DNA of 64,000 nucleotides from Sphaerodactylus townsendi (lineage: Eukaryota). Below are positions 24,412-35,763 of the stretch, piece by piece. Location: NCBI RefSeq assembly GCF_021028975.2, contig NC_059436.1:36518001-36582000 (forward strand), in the 5' to 3' direction. Made by a program: the position numbers and the translations under genes. The first letter of the stretch is position 1, and each line of letters starts with the position of its first letter. The notes beneath the pieces were generated by a model. It worked only from the letters and a program-made list of their open reading frames with translations. It was not told the DNA's origin and made no database searches.

Positions 24412-24561
<150 letters not shown>

Positions 24562-25357
24562 CTATTTACAGGAGAGACAGAGGTCAGGCTAATAAAGGAC
24601 CGATATGTTTTTTGTTTTAGTATTTCTAAGTATGTGCAGCACCTTCGTGTAATTGGCATTCCCCATCTGCCACTTTATCCCTCTTTGCCCCTTCGTTCCC
24701 TGCATCACTTCTCATGTCAAACTCTAGGCTGAAACACACTGTGGGAAAGGACTTACTTCTTGCTCATTTGCACTATATGAAACAGAAGGATCCTGCAATG
24801 TGATCTGGGCCCGATGGTGCCAGTACTGCTCCACTGACTGTTTGAAAGTCAACTGTGCCTTGACCCAGCAGGAAGACAGCCCAAGTCCTTGTAACATTTT
24901 CCCTGCTACCAAAATCCTCATATTGGCTTTCTTTCCTACTCTGTGCCAGATTATCAGCCAACTATCAGCCCTTACAAAAGGCATGCACTGCCCAAAGAGA
25001 ACTATGTACCTGCAGGACAACTGCTCAGACCGGCTGGCCCAGCGAAAGCCACCCAGCAGGGGAATGCTTTAGCAAGAGCAGATTCACACTGCATCCACGG
25101 GTTTGTTAGCAGTGTTGGGTGTTAGCCTTGCAGATTTTTTTTAAAGCTCTCCTGCAATTATCCATACATGCCACTTACCTACTCAATATAAGGTGCTCTG
25201 AGATACTTCTTAAAAATAGCCATTATTTGATTTGAGCTCACTTAAGCTTTGAGAATATTAAAACTTTACATGCTGCTACATGGATGCCGACCACCTGTTC
25301 TGGCTCTGCCCTTGTTTCACTTAGAGTGCAACGGATGGGCAGGAGGCAAAAATGTCA

Positions 25358-25540
<183 letters not shown>

Positions 25541-25938
25541 TTACTACCAAGGATAATTGTGCACTGGCCTGGGACCTGAAAGGCCCAGATTCTAATTCTA
25601 GTTCTGTCAAACTCACTTGCTTTTGGGCAAGCCCCTGTCTAGGAATGCTTTAGCAAGTGCAGATTCACACTGCATCCACGGGTTTGTTAGCAGTGTTGGG
25701 TGTTAGCCTTGCAGATTTTTTTTAAAGCTCTCCTGCAATTATCCATACATGCCACTTACCTACTCAATATAAGGTGCTCTGAGATACTTCTTAAAAATAG
25801 CCATTATTTGATTTGAGCTCACTTAAGCTTTGAGAATATTAAAACTTTACATGCTGCTACATGGATGCCGACCACCTGTTCTGGCTCTGCCCTTGTTTCA
25901 CTTAGAGTGCAACGGATGGGCAGGAGGCAAAAATGTCA

Positions 25939-26121
<183 letters not shown>

Positions 26122-26253
26122 TTACTACCAAGGATAATTGTGCACTGGCCTGGGACCTGAAAGGCCCAGATTCTAATTCTAGTTCTGTCAAACTCACTTG
26201 CTTTTGGGCAAGCCAAAAATTGAGCTAAGGCTGTGAAATAACCTGTAGACAGG

Positions 26254-27179
26254 TGTAACGAACTTGCCCCCACCCTGAAGGGCTGGTGTACAGCAGGCCA
26301 AAGGGAGAAGGCCTTAGCAACAGCCAGAAAAAGAAAAAAAGGCTCCACAAGGAGAGAACCGACCTGATTGGCTGAAAAAGGTCCAGTAACGTTTGGCAAG
26401 AGCTAGGGGGAGCCAGTGGGCTTACAGCACTGAGAGGAGAGTTGAGTGCTGATAGGAGTCGGTCAGAGAGAGCAGAGCAGAGTCTGGCGAAGGGAGTCTG
26501 TCAGCTCTGGAAGAAAAGGATTCTGTCTCAGCAGAGTTGGCTGACAGAAGTCCAGTCCCTGTCTAAGCGGTGTATGCTTGACAGAGAGAGGAGGCCCTGA
26601 CTGGGTGCAGATTGACGTGCCCTTCAGGGAGGGCTTAAAGCGGTTTTAAAACTGCCCAGACCTATCTAGTCTGCCTTGCCCCTGGGTGTATCACCAGAAT
26701 CACCAGTCTGGGAGAAGCCAGTCCAGAGGCAGTGAAGCCATATTAGGACTAGTGGGAGAGAGGGAGGCCAAGTTAATGCCCAGAATCTCCTGGAGCTTGG
26801 ACTGTGTGCTTAGGTGTGATCAGTGGAGTATGTGGAGCAGTGAGGGAATGGTGTGTCTGTGTGTGTAAGGGTACACCTCGCACGTGTGTCGGTGTGCATA
26901 TGAATCTGAAGTAACATCTTAAGACAAACTTATTCTGAAACCAACAAGCGTAAAACCTCTCCAGTTTACCTGAGAAGCCTCTTTGTGAAAGCCAGCAAAT
27001 AAACGTTTCAGTTTTGTTCATCTTTTAAAACCTTTCCAGTCATTAGTATTTTTTTCGTCACCTGTGTCTGTGTTCCAAAGGGGTGAGATTGTCTGGGGAA
27101 AATCAGTATTGAGTGGAGCTATGGGAAAAATATTATTGAGTGGCGAGCCAGAACTTATATATAAGTGGCTTTCGTTACA
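26254..27179 (+). mobile_element. Solo LTR (926 bp, Gypsy-like) in RPL35 intron 2, 5-bp TSD ACAGG
   Basis: TGTAACGAA...TTCGTTACA termini. ACAGG at 26249-26253 and 27180-27184. AATAAA near 26998. Confidence 0.9.
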
Positions 27180-28039
27180 ACAGGCTAGAACAATTACATC
27201 CCTTTTCTTGCAGAAATAACTGTTAACAAGGACTGTGATACACTTGGTTCGTTACACACTGTGCTAATGATCTTTACTGTTCTACATTCATTCCTGAGGG
27301 GTAGTCTGCTGCAACAAAATTAAGTGTGGCACCTTAAAGATTAAGAAATTGTATTCTAGTGCAAGCTTTTGGGCTTATTTCTTCAGATGCTGTAAAAGTT
27401 TCCTAATGGTACATTCATTTTAAGGAGATTTTTGGGTGGGGAAGCAGGGTCAAGAGGTCAGAAAATACAGGGTGACCTGTCAAACGTCAACCTCACCAGG
27501 AAGTACATGGTCACTTAGCACCCATAGTGGATGAGCAGTGCTGCAATACCACACGGTGCAGCAGGCGAATCCCACCTTCTCACCATACTGTACAAACTGC
27601 CTGTGCTGGTTCAATCAAATGTTCCAGGAGGCTCATAAGCAGAGCAAGACGGCTTGTCTCAAGCACCTGGTAATTAGAGAGGAATGGCTTTCAGGACTGG
27701 AGAACAAATTTAGAAGATCTGCAGGACTGTCCTAACACCACCCCTGGAAGAAAGCCCCACAGAGTAGGCCTGTGCAGGACTGGTCTGCTCCTGTCCACAA
27801 AACCCAACTAAAATCTTTTTTTAATAGCCTAGAAACCAGCACTCCTATTTCATTCTCCATACCTGCTTCCCTTGGAAGTTGCCATGCCCCTTTATGCTTC
27901 CTGCGGGCACACACATAGTATCACAAAAACAGGGCAGCCAAGATCATGTGTAAAGCTCCACAAGGAAAACGTGGCCAGGAACTGCAGCTCGCAACACCAC
28001 ACACTCGAATGCCAAGAGCAAAGGCACAGAAAAGACTCA

Positions 28040-28201
<162 letters not shown>

Positions 28202-28321
28202 TCAGGGTGCAAAACAGAAGTTAAAAAACCCGAGTTCTCGTTTACATTGCTCTTTTTCGGGTACAGCCATTTAGCTCCTCCTCTTTTTATCTGCCCAGCA
28301 CCAAAGTCTAGGGAGCAGTCT

Positions 28322-28510
28322 TAATAGCCCAGGCCAGTCTTGTCAGAACTTAGAAGCTAAGCAGGGTTAGCACTTGGATGGGAAAACATCAAGAAAGACA
28401 GGGGCAGTGGAGGGCAATGGCAAACCACCACTGCTCATTCCTTGCCTTGAAACTCCCAGGAGATGGAACTTCATGGGCTTGCCACGAGCCAGTTGCGACT
28501 TGGCAGTGCT
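28322..28510 (+). mobile_element. 5S-headed SINE copy
   Basis: GAAGCTAAGCAGGGTTAGCACTTGGATGGGA + GGCAATGGCAAACCACC tail. Further copies at ~52660-52820 and ~57826-57980. Confidence 0.65.
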
Positions 28511-28539
28511 GAGGAACAGTAATAGATCATACCATCTAT

Positions 28540-28830
28540 GGGAGCAGCAGTGGCGTAGTGGTTAAGAGCAGGCGTCCTCTAATCTGGAGAACCGGTTTGA
28601 TTCCCCACTCTCTACAGAGGCTTATCTGGGGAATTCAGATTAGCCTGTGCACTCCAACACACACCAGCTGGGTGACCTTGGGCTAGTCACGGCTCTTCAG
28701 AGCTTTCTCAGCCCCACCTACCTCACAGGGAGTTTGTTGTGAGGGGGGGAAGGGAAAGGAGTTTGTAAGCCCCTTTGAGTCTCCTTACAGGAGAGAAAGG
28801 GGGGATATAAATCCAACTCTTATTCTTCAT
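28540..28830 (+). mobile_element. tRNA-derived squamate SINE (Squam3-like)
   Basis: Near full-length copy of the 8976 element, in RPL35 intron 1. Confidence 0.85.
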
Positions 28831-30375
28831 ATAATTAAAAAAAAACTATCTTCCTCTCTCCTCCTTTCCTAACCGAAAGCTAGTCATGTAAAAATAAAGT
28901 GAAATTTCTAACCAATGTGAATATCGCTTGGAAGCAAGTGAGCTATATCTGCCAAGATCTCTGGAATCCCAGATCTCTAAACCAACTTTTCCATGACCTG
29001 GGGGGAAAAGCTTATGAAAACATTACTTAATTTGTACAAATGCCGCTCCATCTTTTTACAGTTTATTCTGTAAATATCAAACACAGACCGCAACTATGTG
29101 TATCAGAAATGCATTCAATCCCTGGGCTCTTTCCAAACCGATGTACTTGTTTGTTGAGCTGGTAGCAATTCTGCAGGTTCAGTTGCTTTTCTATACATTT
29201 CAACCCACTACTGAATATTTGCAATTCCAAAGTTACAGAGTTAATTCAGAGTCACTGATTTCAGCAACCCAGGACCGACCGCATGGTGCTTCAAAATGGT
29301 TCAGTAACCTTCCCAAAGTATCTGGAATAGGAAAAGGTACTCAGGGAAGCTTTCCTGTACTCCTTTAACTTGGTGTCATCTGCACACCTTTTAGCTATAC
29401 CTGGCACAACTTCTATCAGCCTCCCTTTTAGCAAAATTACCCGCAATGATGTAAGTCGGAAACATGTTTACTGAGAATACTTTCCAGAATTCAATCACAT
29501 GAAATAAAATCTCTGGTGATGAAGAATGCCACATGGAAAGAACTTAAATATAAAAATAGAATAATTACACATTCTATTTAGAAAACATGGAAATTTACAT
29601 ATTGTCACACTGTCCTCAGGCTATTCCCTCACAACAACTAACAGCAGATGACTCTACAGATAGGCAAGTCCAGCAGTGACCAGACAGTTCCTGTGATGTT
29701 CACTGGCACTTTAATGTTCTAAGCTTGTTGTAACCCGCCCAGAGCCCTTTGGGGATTGGGTGGGATATAAATCCAATCACTCACTCAATCAATCAGTGCA
29801 GATGATCTTTCCAGTCTTTGCTCCCCGGTGTACTACTCCTGTGTACAGATGCTCCATTTAATGATTAATGTTAACAGACATCCCCACCCTGGACTGGTCT
29901 CATTCAGCCTGTTCTGGGGATGATGCCAACACCTTTGGACTCCTTTTTTGTTACATTTCCGTTCCCCAACCCAAGCACACTCCTTATCAAAGCCCTCATT
30001 AATTTTATGCATTGATTTATTTAATTCTACTTGTAGGCCACCCTTTTTCTTACAAGCTCAGGGTGGCTTCCAACATGAAACAGCAATGAAATCAACAACA
30101 ATACATCAGTACCATCTATCGCAGTCTATAGCAATCTATTCAGATGGCATTAAAATCCTAACACAGTTAAAAACAGATTTCTTTATACTCCCCATTCATA
30201 TTGTGCAAGGGAAAAGAACAAATGGACAAAATAAAGGAAGGAGAAAGGGAATGACTTTAATACTATACTATAATACAAACAAGTCAGGGCAAACATATCT
30301 TGTGCACAGGTAAGCCTAGTTCACAGGTGACTGCCCATCATCTGAGCACAGCTCAACTGTACAACCTTGCACAGA

Positions 30376-30565
30376 GTGGCCGTGGCTCAGTGACAGAACA
30401 TCTGCCCGGCATGTAGAAAGTTATGGGTTCTATCCTTGGCATCTCTGGTTAAAAAGATCAGGCAAAAGGTGAAGTGAAATACCTCTAGCTGAGACCATGG
30501 AGAGCTGCTCCTAGGCTGAGTAGAGGACAAACACTAATGGGCCAATTATGAAGGCAGCTTCATAA
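30376..30565 (+). mobile_element. tRNA-derived SINE (Squam2-like)
   Basis: GTGGCTCAGTG..GGCATG.AGAA.G..GGTTC.ATCC.TGGCATCTC head and CTGAGACC.TGGAGAGCTGC..AAGGCAGCTTCAT tail. Relatives at ~51873-52077 and ~55700-55870. Confidence 0.65.
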
Positions 30566-31399
30566 GACCATTAGAATGGAATTTGATTGCCTCTTTAAAA
30601 CAACCCTCTGAGACTATGTAACAAAATGCAAGCTTTATTGTCATCCTTCACATACCTTCTCTGCATTGCCCCTTCCCCTGCATCACATTTTATACTGTAA
30701 GCTCTTTGGGGCAGGGGCCAACCATCTTATTATTGCTCAGAGAGCCACACAGAATGAAAGTGGGTACTTAATTTGCTTACATTTAACGAATGTACCTTCA
30801 AAGGATTGTATTGTTGGTTTTTCTCTAAATGACACACAGAGCAGAAGTTTGTTTGTCAAATGCATGAAACAACTTTTAAATTTATTCACAATGTTTTATG
30901 CCACCTACCCCACTCCCAATTCGATCCCACGAGGCAGTAAACATTTTATAGAATTACAATACAGTTTATAATGACAAGTACAAACAGAGTTACAATTATA
31001 AAATTCAGTGCAAAACTCATAAACAGTACCAGACCTATCTAACTAGGATGAGCAAGTATAAGAACAATTGAGAGGACATGAAAGTTTCATCGGGGGATGT
31101 AAATCTCCAAAATCCATTTATATATATCCAATAGGCACAATAAGCACAAAAGCAAAGGCACAAAAGCAAAGCTGCTGTCTCTGTGCTAAATGAGCCTCTA
31201 GAAGTTTGCTATTTCATATATACGTGCAACTATTCCAGATACTTTGGGAAGGTTACTGAACCATTTTGAAGCCTCTAAGTTTGCTATTTCATACATACGT
31301 GCAACATACCCTTAGACAGCACCTCTTGCACGTTTTCCTTCCTGAGTAATTCCAGCCCAGTCCATTCAAGGCCTAAAGCAACCCAATATTGCAACCTAG

Positions 31400-31860
31400 A
31401 GACTTTCCCGAGCGACCCCTCTCACGGGCAAAACCGTACACCTTCCTCGATGCGGCCTACTCTGCTCCGCCGCCTTCTTCTCAACGATCATGACGCCACT
31501 ACAAATCATTGAGCGCGGCCTCAATTGTCCGGGTCTCTCTCGCTCGAACCCAGCCCCACTCATAACACAAAAGCCCTTTCCCTCGCCCGATGGAACCGGA
31601 TTACCCCTCTCCCCCGGGCCTCACACTCACCATAATGGCACCGAAGACTTGCTGCCGCTGAGCAAAAGGAAAGGACGGAAGCCGGGAAGGAACAGGAAAC
31701 TAGAGGGCGGGAGCAACCAAGGACAGCGCAGGGCGGGGGAAACGAGGAACCCGACGTCGAGACTCCTTCGTCCTCCCCCAGTGGCGTAATGGTTTAGCCC
31801 ATGTAACGGGCGGTGCCTAAAGCTCAGGAGGGAGACGTTCATTGGGAGTTCGCATGCTGA
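31400..31860 (-). promoter_or_regulatory. RPL35: RPL35 CpG-island promoter with 5'TOP/TCT start
   Basis: CpG-rich. Minus-strand CCTTTCCTTTT at 31674-31664, ETS/GABP-type CGGAAG at 31676-31681, GC box GGGCGG near 31705 and 31730, YY1-like ATAATGGC at 31632-31639. This is typical ribosomal-protein promoter architecture. Confidence 0.8.
31631..31633 (-). CDS. RPL35: 60S ribosomal protein L35, exon 1 (ATG only)
   Basis: ATG immediately followed by a GTGAG donor, downstream of a pyrimidine TOP tract in a CpG-rich region. Confidence 0.9.
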
Positions 31861-32352
31861 TCAAAACAAATAGCTGAATTATCGAGTAATAAAGTAGCAT
31901 GATTAAATGAACGAAATACAAATTAATTGCATGCTGGACTGGTACTTATTCCAGGATCAGTGTACGGCCCGTGAAGTTTAGTTCATACTTGCAACAGAGT
32001 GGAGGAAGAATCCTAAGCAGGTCAGGTCGGAAATAAAAATCACATTATTCAGTGTGGCTTTCCTCCTAGAAAAATTATTTGGTAGAATCCTGAAGTGGTC
32101 AAATGGTGGGTTCTAGTTGGGAATTTTTCTTAGTGTCTATATGTATATTATTGTAAATATAAAACTGGCACAGCAGCAGAAATATTCTGCCTCCCTGTGC
32201 CCATCTATATCCGCTGTGCTGGTTTCTCTATTTGGAACAAAATTTAAATGTAGGGGAGGATGCTGAATGGGATCCCACCATCTGCATTCAGAAATTATGC
32301 AGGCCATCCTATCCTTACATTCTTCCTAATGTATGAACCATGCCTTGTATAA

Positions 32353-32542
32353 GTATTGTCAAAGGCTTTCACAGCCAGAATCACTGGAGTGTTGTGGGGT
32401 TTCCAGGCTGTATGGCCATGTTCCAGTAGCATTTTCTCCTGACATTTCACCTCTGAAGATGCCAGCCAAGATGCAGGCGAAACATCAGGAAAAAATGCTT
32501 CTGGAACACGGCCGTACAGCCTGGAAACCCCGCAACACTCCA
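32353..32542. mobile_element. Penelope-like inverted-repeat remnant between the RPL35 and SCAI promoters
   Basis: TATTGTCAAAGGCTTTCACAGCCAGAATCAC followed by fold-back GGAGTGTTG..CCAGGCTGTATGGCC..CCTGACATTTC / GAAACATCAGG..GGCCGTACAGCCTGG..CAACACTCC. A fragment also lies at ~4605-4680. Confidence 0.65.
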
Positions 32543-33279
32543 TGCCTTATATACTTTGGATTAAAGAAATAAAAACAGTGATTGATTATACCATTCTCCA
32601 GGTGGGGCTCAGAGATCTCTCGGAATTACAGCTAACATCTCCAGACCTCAGAGATCAGTTCCCCTGGAGAAAATGGCTGCTTTGGAGGGTGGCAATGTGG
32701 CATTGTACCTCTTGGAAGTCCTTCCTCTCCCCAAACCCCTAAATCTCTAGGAATGCCCCAATCTCAAACTGGTAACCCTATGATATTATGATTTGTAAAG
32801 TTTGTGGATTACACAAGATTATTTAGGAAGGGGGGATTCTGAACGACCATCTTGCACATAAGCCTGTCTTGTTGGCTATCTGACAGTGAGGTGTGAGGCC
32901 CCTGCCTCATGCAACCCCACATTATGATGGATGGCAACCATAGATTTTCCATGGTTGTAATTCAGTTGTGGAATGACAAAGGATTTTCCAAGGTTGTACA
33001 ACAAAAGATTTTGGGTTTCCTTATAGTTCTGGGTTTCCTTATAGTTTGGGGCATTTAGTTTGTAAAAAAATGTCCAATGCAGAGAACAAGGTAGAAATTT
33101 ATGAGTGAATAAAAATGTTTCTTTTGTTTGATACAAGATCTCAAGTTCATTCTCTGTAGAGGAATGGCTTATCAGGGCAGCCAATGTTCTGGTTACAGTG
33201 TTTTACTAATCCTGAGGAGATTTGGGTTCAAATAACATACCCACAGCCATGTGTTCCTTGAGGCTGCAGATTTTTTTCA

Positions 33280-33397
33280 AGCCGATTCCACATGGGTCAA
33301 AAACAGCGGTGTGAAAACAGTGTAAAATGGTTTAAAACGGTGTAAAATGGTTTACACCGTTTTCACAGTGCTGTTTTTGGTCCATGTGGAATCTGCC
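33280..33397. mobile_element. Harbinger-type palindromic MITE, TSD TCA
   Basis: AGCCGATTCCACATGG...CCATGTGGAATCTGCC fold-back flanked by TCA. Confidence 0.8.
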
Positions 33398-34369
33398 TCA
33401 AACAAAACCACCTTGCAAGGATTATTGTGAAGACAGAACAAGGAAAAGAAGAGCTTTCTGAGTTTTTTTGGCAGGGATTAAAAATGACAGACTTTCTGAC
33501 AGACAGAAAGGTGTATCTTGCTGGAAACTGAATTTTGTACTGGAGTGCAGGAAAGGGGCCCAGAGGGAATCTTGGGCCTTTGGTGACTCTGAGCAGCCCT
33601 AAGGAGAAAAACATATCCCAATGGAGGTAATAATGTTGTTATATATGCCTCACTTCCCTGAGCAGTGAGATGTTTCATTTCCCTGGGTTGGTTCCCTTTG
33701 GAAGAGAGCACTGGGTACTTACCATGTTTTAATGATATATTTTTATTTATAGATGTGTAAGGAGAGCACAGGTATGGCATGTGTGGCTGACCCACTGTCC
33801 CTCAAAAGTTCTGAATAACTGAATATTCTTGTAGATTTTTCCATGGGAGAGGGACAAAACCTTTTTTAAGAGTCGCATATCTAGATTCTATAGGTGCTCA
33901 ACAAGTAGTAGCAATATACAAAGACCCCCTCACTTGGATCAGATTAAACTAAACTAAACTGAGCCTACCATCTTATTTTCAGGACTGGGTCAGCCAGTCT
34001 CTGGGAAATTTACAAGCAAGGGCAGAGAGACTGCAGCAACCTGCTGTTTGTCCCCAACATCTGACATTTAGGTACTGCTGGAAATGAAAAAATAGATGTA
34101 TCATGATGTTTAAGCTCTCGTGCTAGTGAGTCCAGGTTTCAATTCCATTCTGCCTTACAATTGGCAGTTGAAAATCTTGGGTGTAAATTACTGCACCCAC
34201 CATAAGCACTGCTTGGTGCAGCTTTCATTTTTGTCAGCCTGTCTTTGTGTATGTTCAGTGGAAGTCCGGCTATGTGCTGAGTGAACGAACGAATGAACAT
34301 TAATTACACATTTAACAATAGCAATACCTTAATTGCATTTAACAATAATAATAATAATTACAGATGAAC

Positions 34370-34900
34370 AAGAAATCGGCTTACAGCCACGCAAAGGCAG
34401 CTTGGGGACCAAGTAGCCAATCAATCAATCAGCCAATCAATTCAAGACTCCCCGGGAAGACAGACCCCCCCCCCCCTTCCCCCGCAAATATGCCCTCGTT
34501 TCGATGCAGGTAGGCTGCACCTCCCTTGCAATGTCGTACTCTGCCCTGAAGGTGGCGCTCTGCCCCGATCCGCCTCTAAACAAACTGACTGGGATTCAGA
34601 GAAGGGAGGGAAAAACAGACGGGGAATCCAACCAATCAAGAGCCACCATTGCTTTCCTCTGAGAGGAGATAGACCAATAGTGGTGCCCAGGAGGTGGGCC
34701 GATTGATGCCGTGCCCAGGTTAGGCTGAGGTGTCGCTCTCCTCTCCCTATAGGCAGCCTCGAGCGAGCGGCAGTAGCGGCTTCGTCCGCAGTTCCCTCAG
34801 GAACGGCTTCGCTCGGGAGCGCGGATGGTGAGAGGGGCTGCTCGGCAGCGCCTGCCCCGCACTGGCCCGGTCTCCAGGTAAGGGGGCAGCGTCAATGTCT
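34370..34900 (+). promoter_or_regulatory. SCAI: SCAI CpG-island promoter with multiple CCAAT boxes
   Basis: CpG-rich. CCAAT at ~34418, 34433, 34632 and 34674. CTCF-like CCTGAAGGTGGCGCT at ~34545-34559. Confidence 0.7.
34825..34877 (+). CDS. SCAI: Protein SCAI (suppressor of cancer cell invasion), coding exon 1
   Basis: Encodes MVRGAARQRLPRTGPVS(R), GTAAGG donor at 34878. Resembles the human SCAI N-terminus as I recall it (MVRGARQPQQPRSRLAPR). Lies in a CpG island. Confidence 0.85.
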
Positions 34901-35030
34901 TGGCTTCTCTATGGGGGTGCTGGGGGGCTGCGAGGTTGGGATGGAGGTCTGTGGTGAACTAGGGGTTGAAGGATAGGGGGCTTGGAGAGTGCCTTGGAGA
35001 CTTGAATGGAGGAGGTGGGAGGCGAGGGGA

Positions 35031-35238
35031 GGGGGAGTTGTCTTGGCATGTTCAGTTGTGGAGGGGATTGTCTTGGGGTCTTGGCATGCTTAGCTATGGA
35101 GGGAATTGTCTTGGGGTCTTGGCATGCTTAGCTATGGGGTCTTGACATGCTTAGCTATGGAGGGGGTTGTCTTGGGGTCTTGGCATATTTAGTTATGGAG
35201 CGGGTTGTCTTGGGGTCTTGGCATGCTTAGCTATGGAA
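35031..35238 (+). repeat. 38-bp minisatellite in SCAI intron 1
   Basis: About 5-6 full or partial copies of GGAGGGGATTGTCTTGGGGTCTTGGCATGCTTAGCTAT. Confidence 0.9.
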
Positions 35239-35639
35239 GGAAGGATGGGGCAACTGGGGATGGAATGTGAGGGATTTGGGATAGAAAAGAATGGGGCTGG
35301 AAGGCTAAAATGTGATGTTGAGGTGTTTGGGTGATGCTCTTCGTGGAGGGTTATGGGGGAATAGGTTTGGGTTGTTTGGAAGATTTGTACAGAGGGATGT
35401 GAGAGTCTGAGGGGTGTAGGGAGTAAGGTGTTTTATGGCTTGGTTGTGGTGGAGGAATGGGTTGTTGGGGTGGTGGTGCTTTGCTGGATTGTATATTGAA
35501 GGATGGAAGTATTGGTGTATGAAAGGCCAAGGTTTTGAGAGTATTAGTGTATGAAAGGCCAAGGTTTTGGGGTAGAAGGAAATTGGGTGTAAGAGCAGAG
35601 AGAGGACTATGTGGGTTTTAGAGGTAGGAGGCAGTAGAG

Positions 35640-35763
35640 CACAGGTGTCAAACTCGCGGCCCTCCAGATGTTATGGACTACAGTTCCCATCACCCCCTGC
35701 CAGCAGGGGCTGATGGGAACTGTAGTCCATAACATCTGGAGGGCCACGAGTTTGACACCTATG
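35640..35763. mobile_element. Palindromic hAT MITE, TSD CAGTAGAG
   Basis: CACAGGTGTCAAACT...AGTTTGACACCTATG with 8-bp TSD. Confidence 0.9.

Noticed and set aside
27141-27151. TGGCGAGCCAG resembling a tRNA-Arg primer binding site
   Set aside because: Only 11 nt, and it lies inside the LTR boundary defined by the TIR and TSD rather than just 3' of it.
35031-35238. CRISPR-like array
   Set aside because: Contiguous minisatellite units without unique spacers, in a vertebrate intron.
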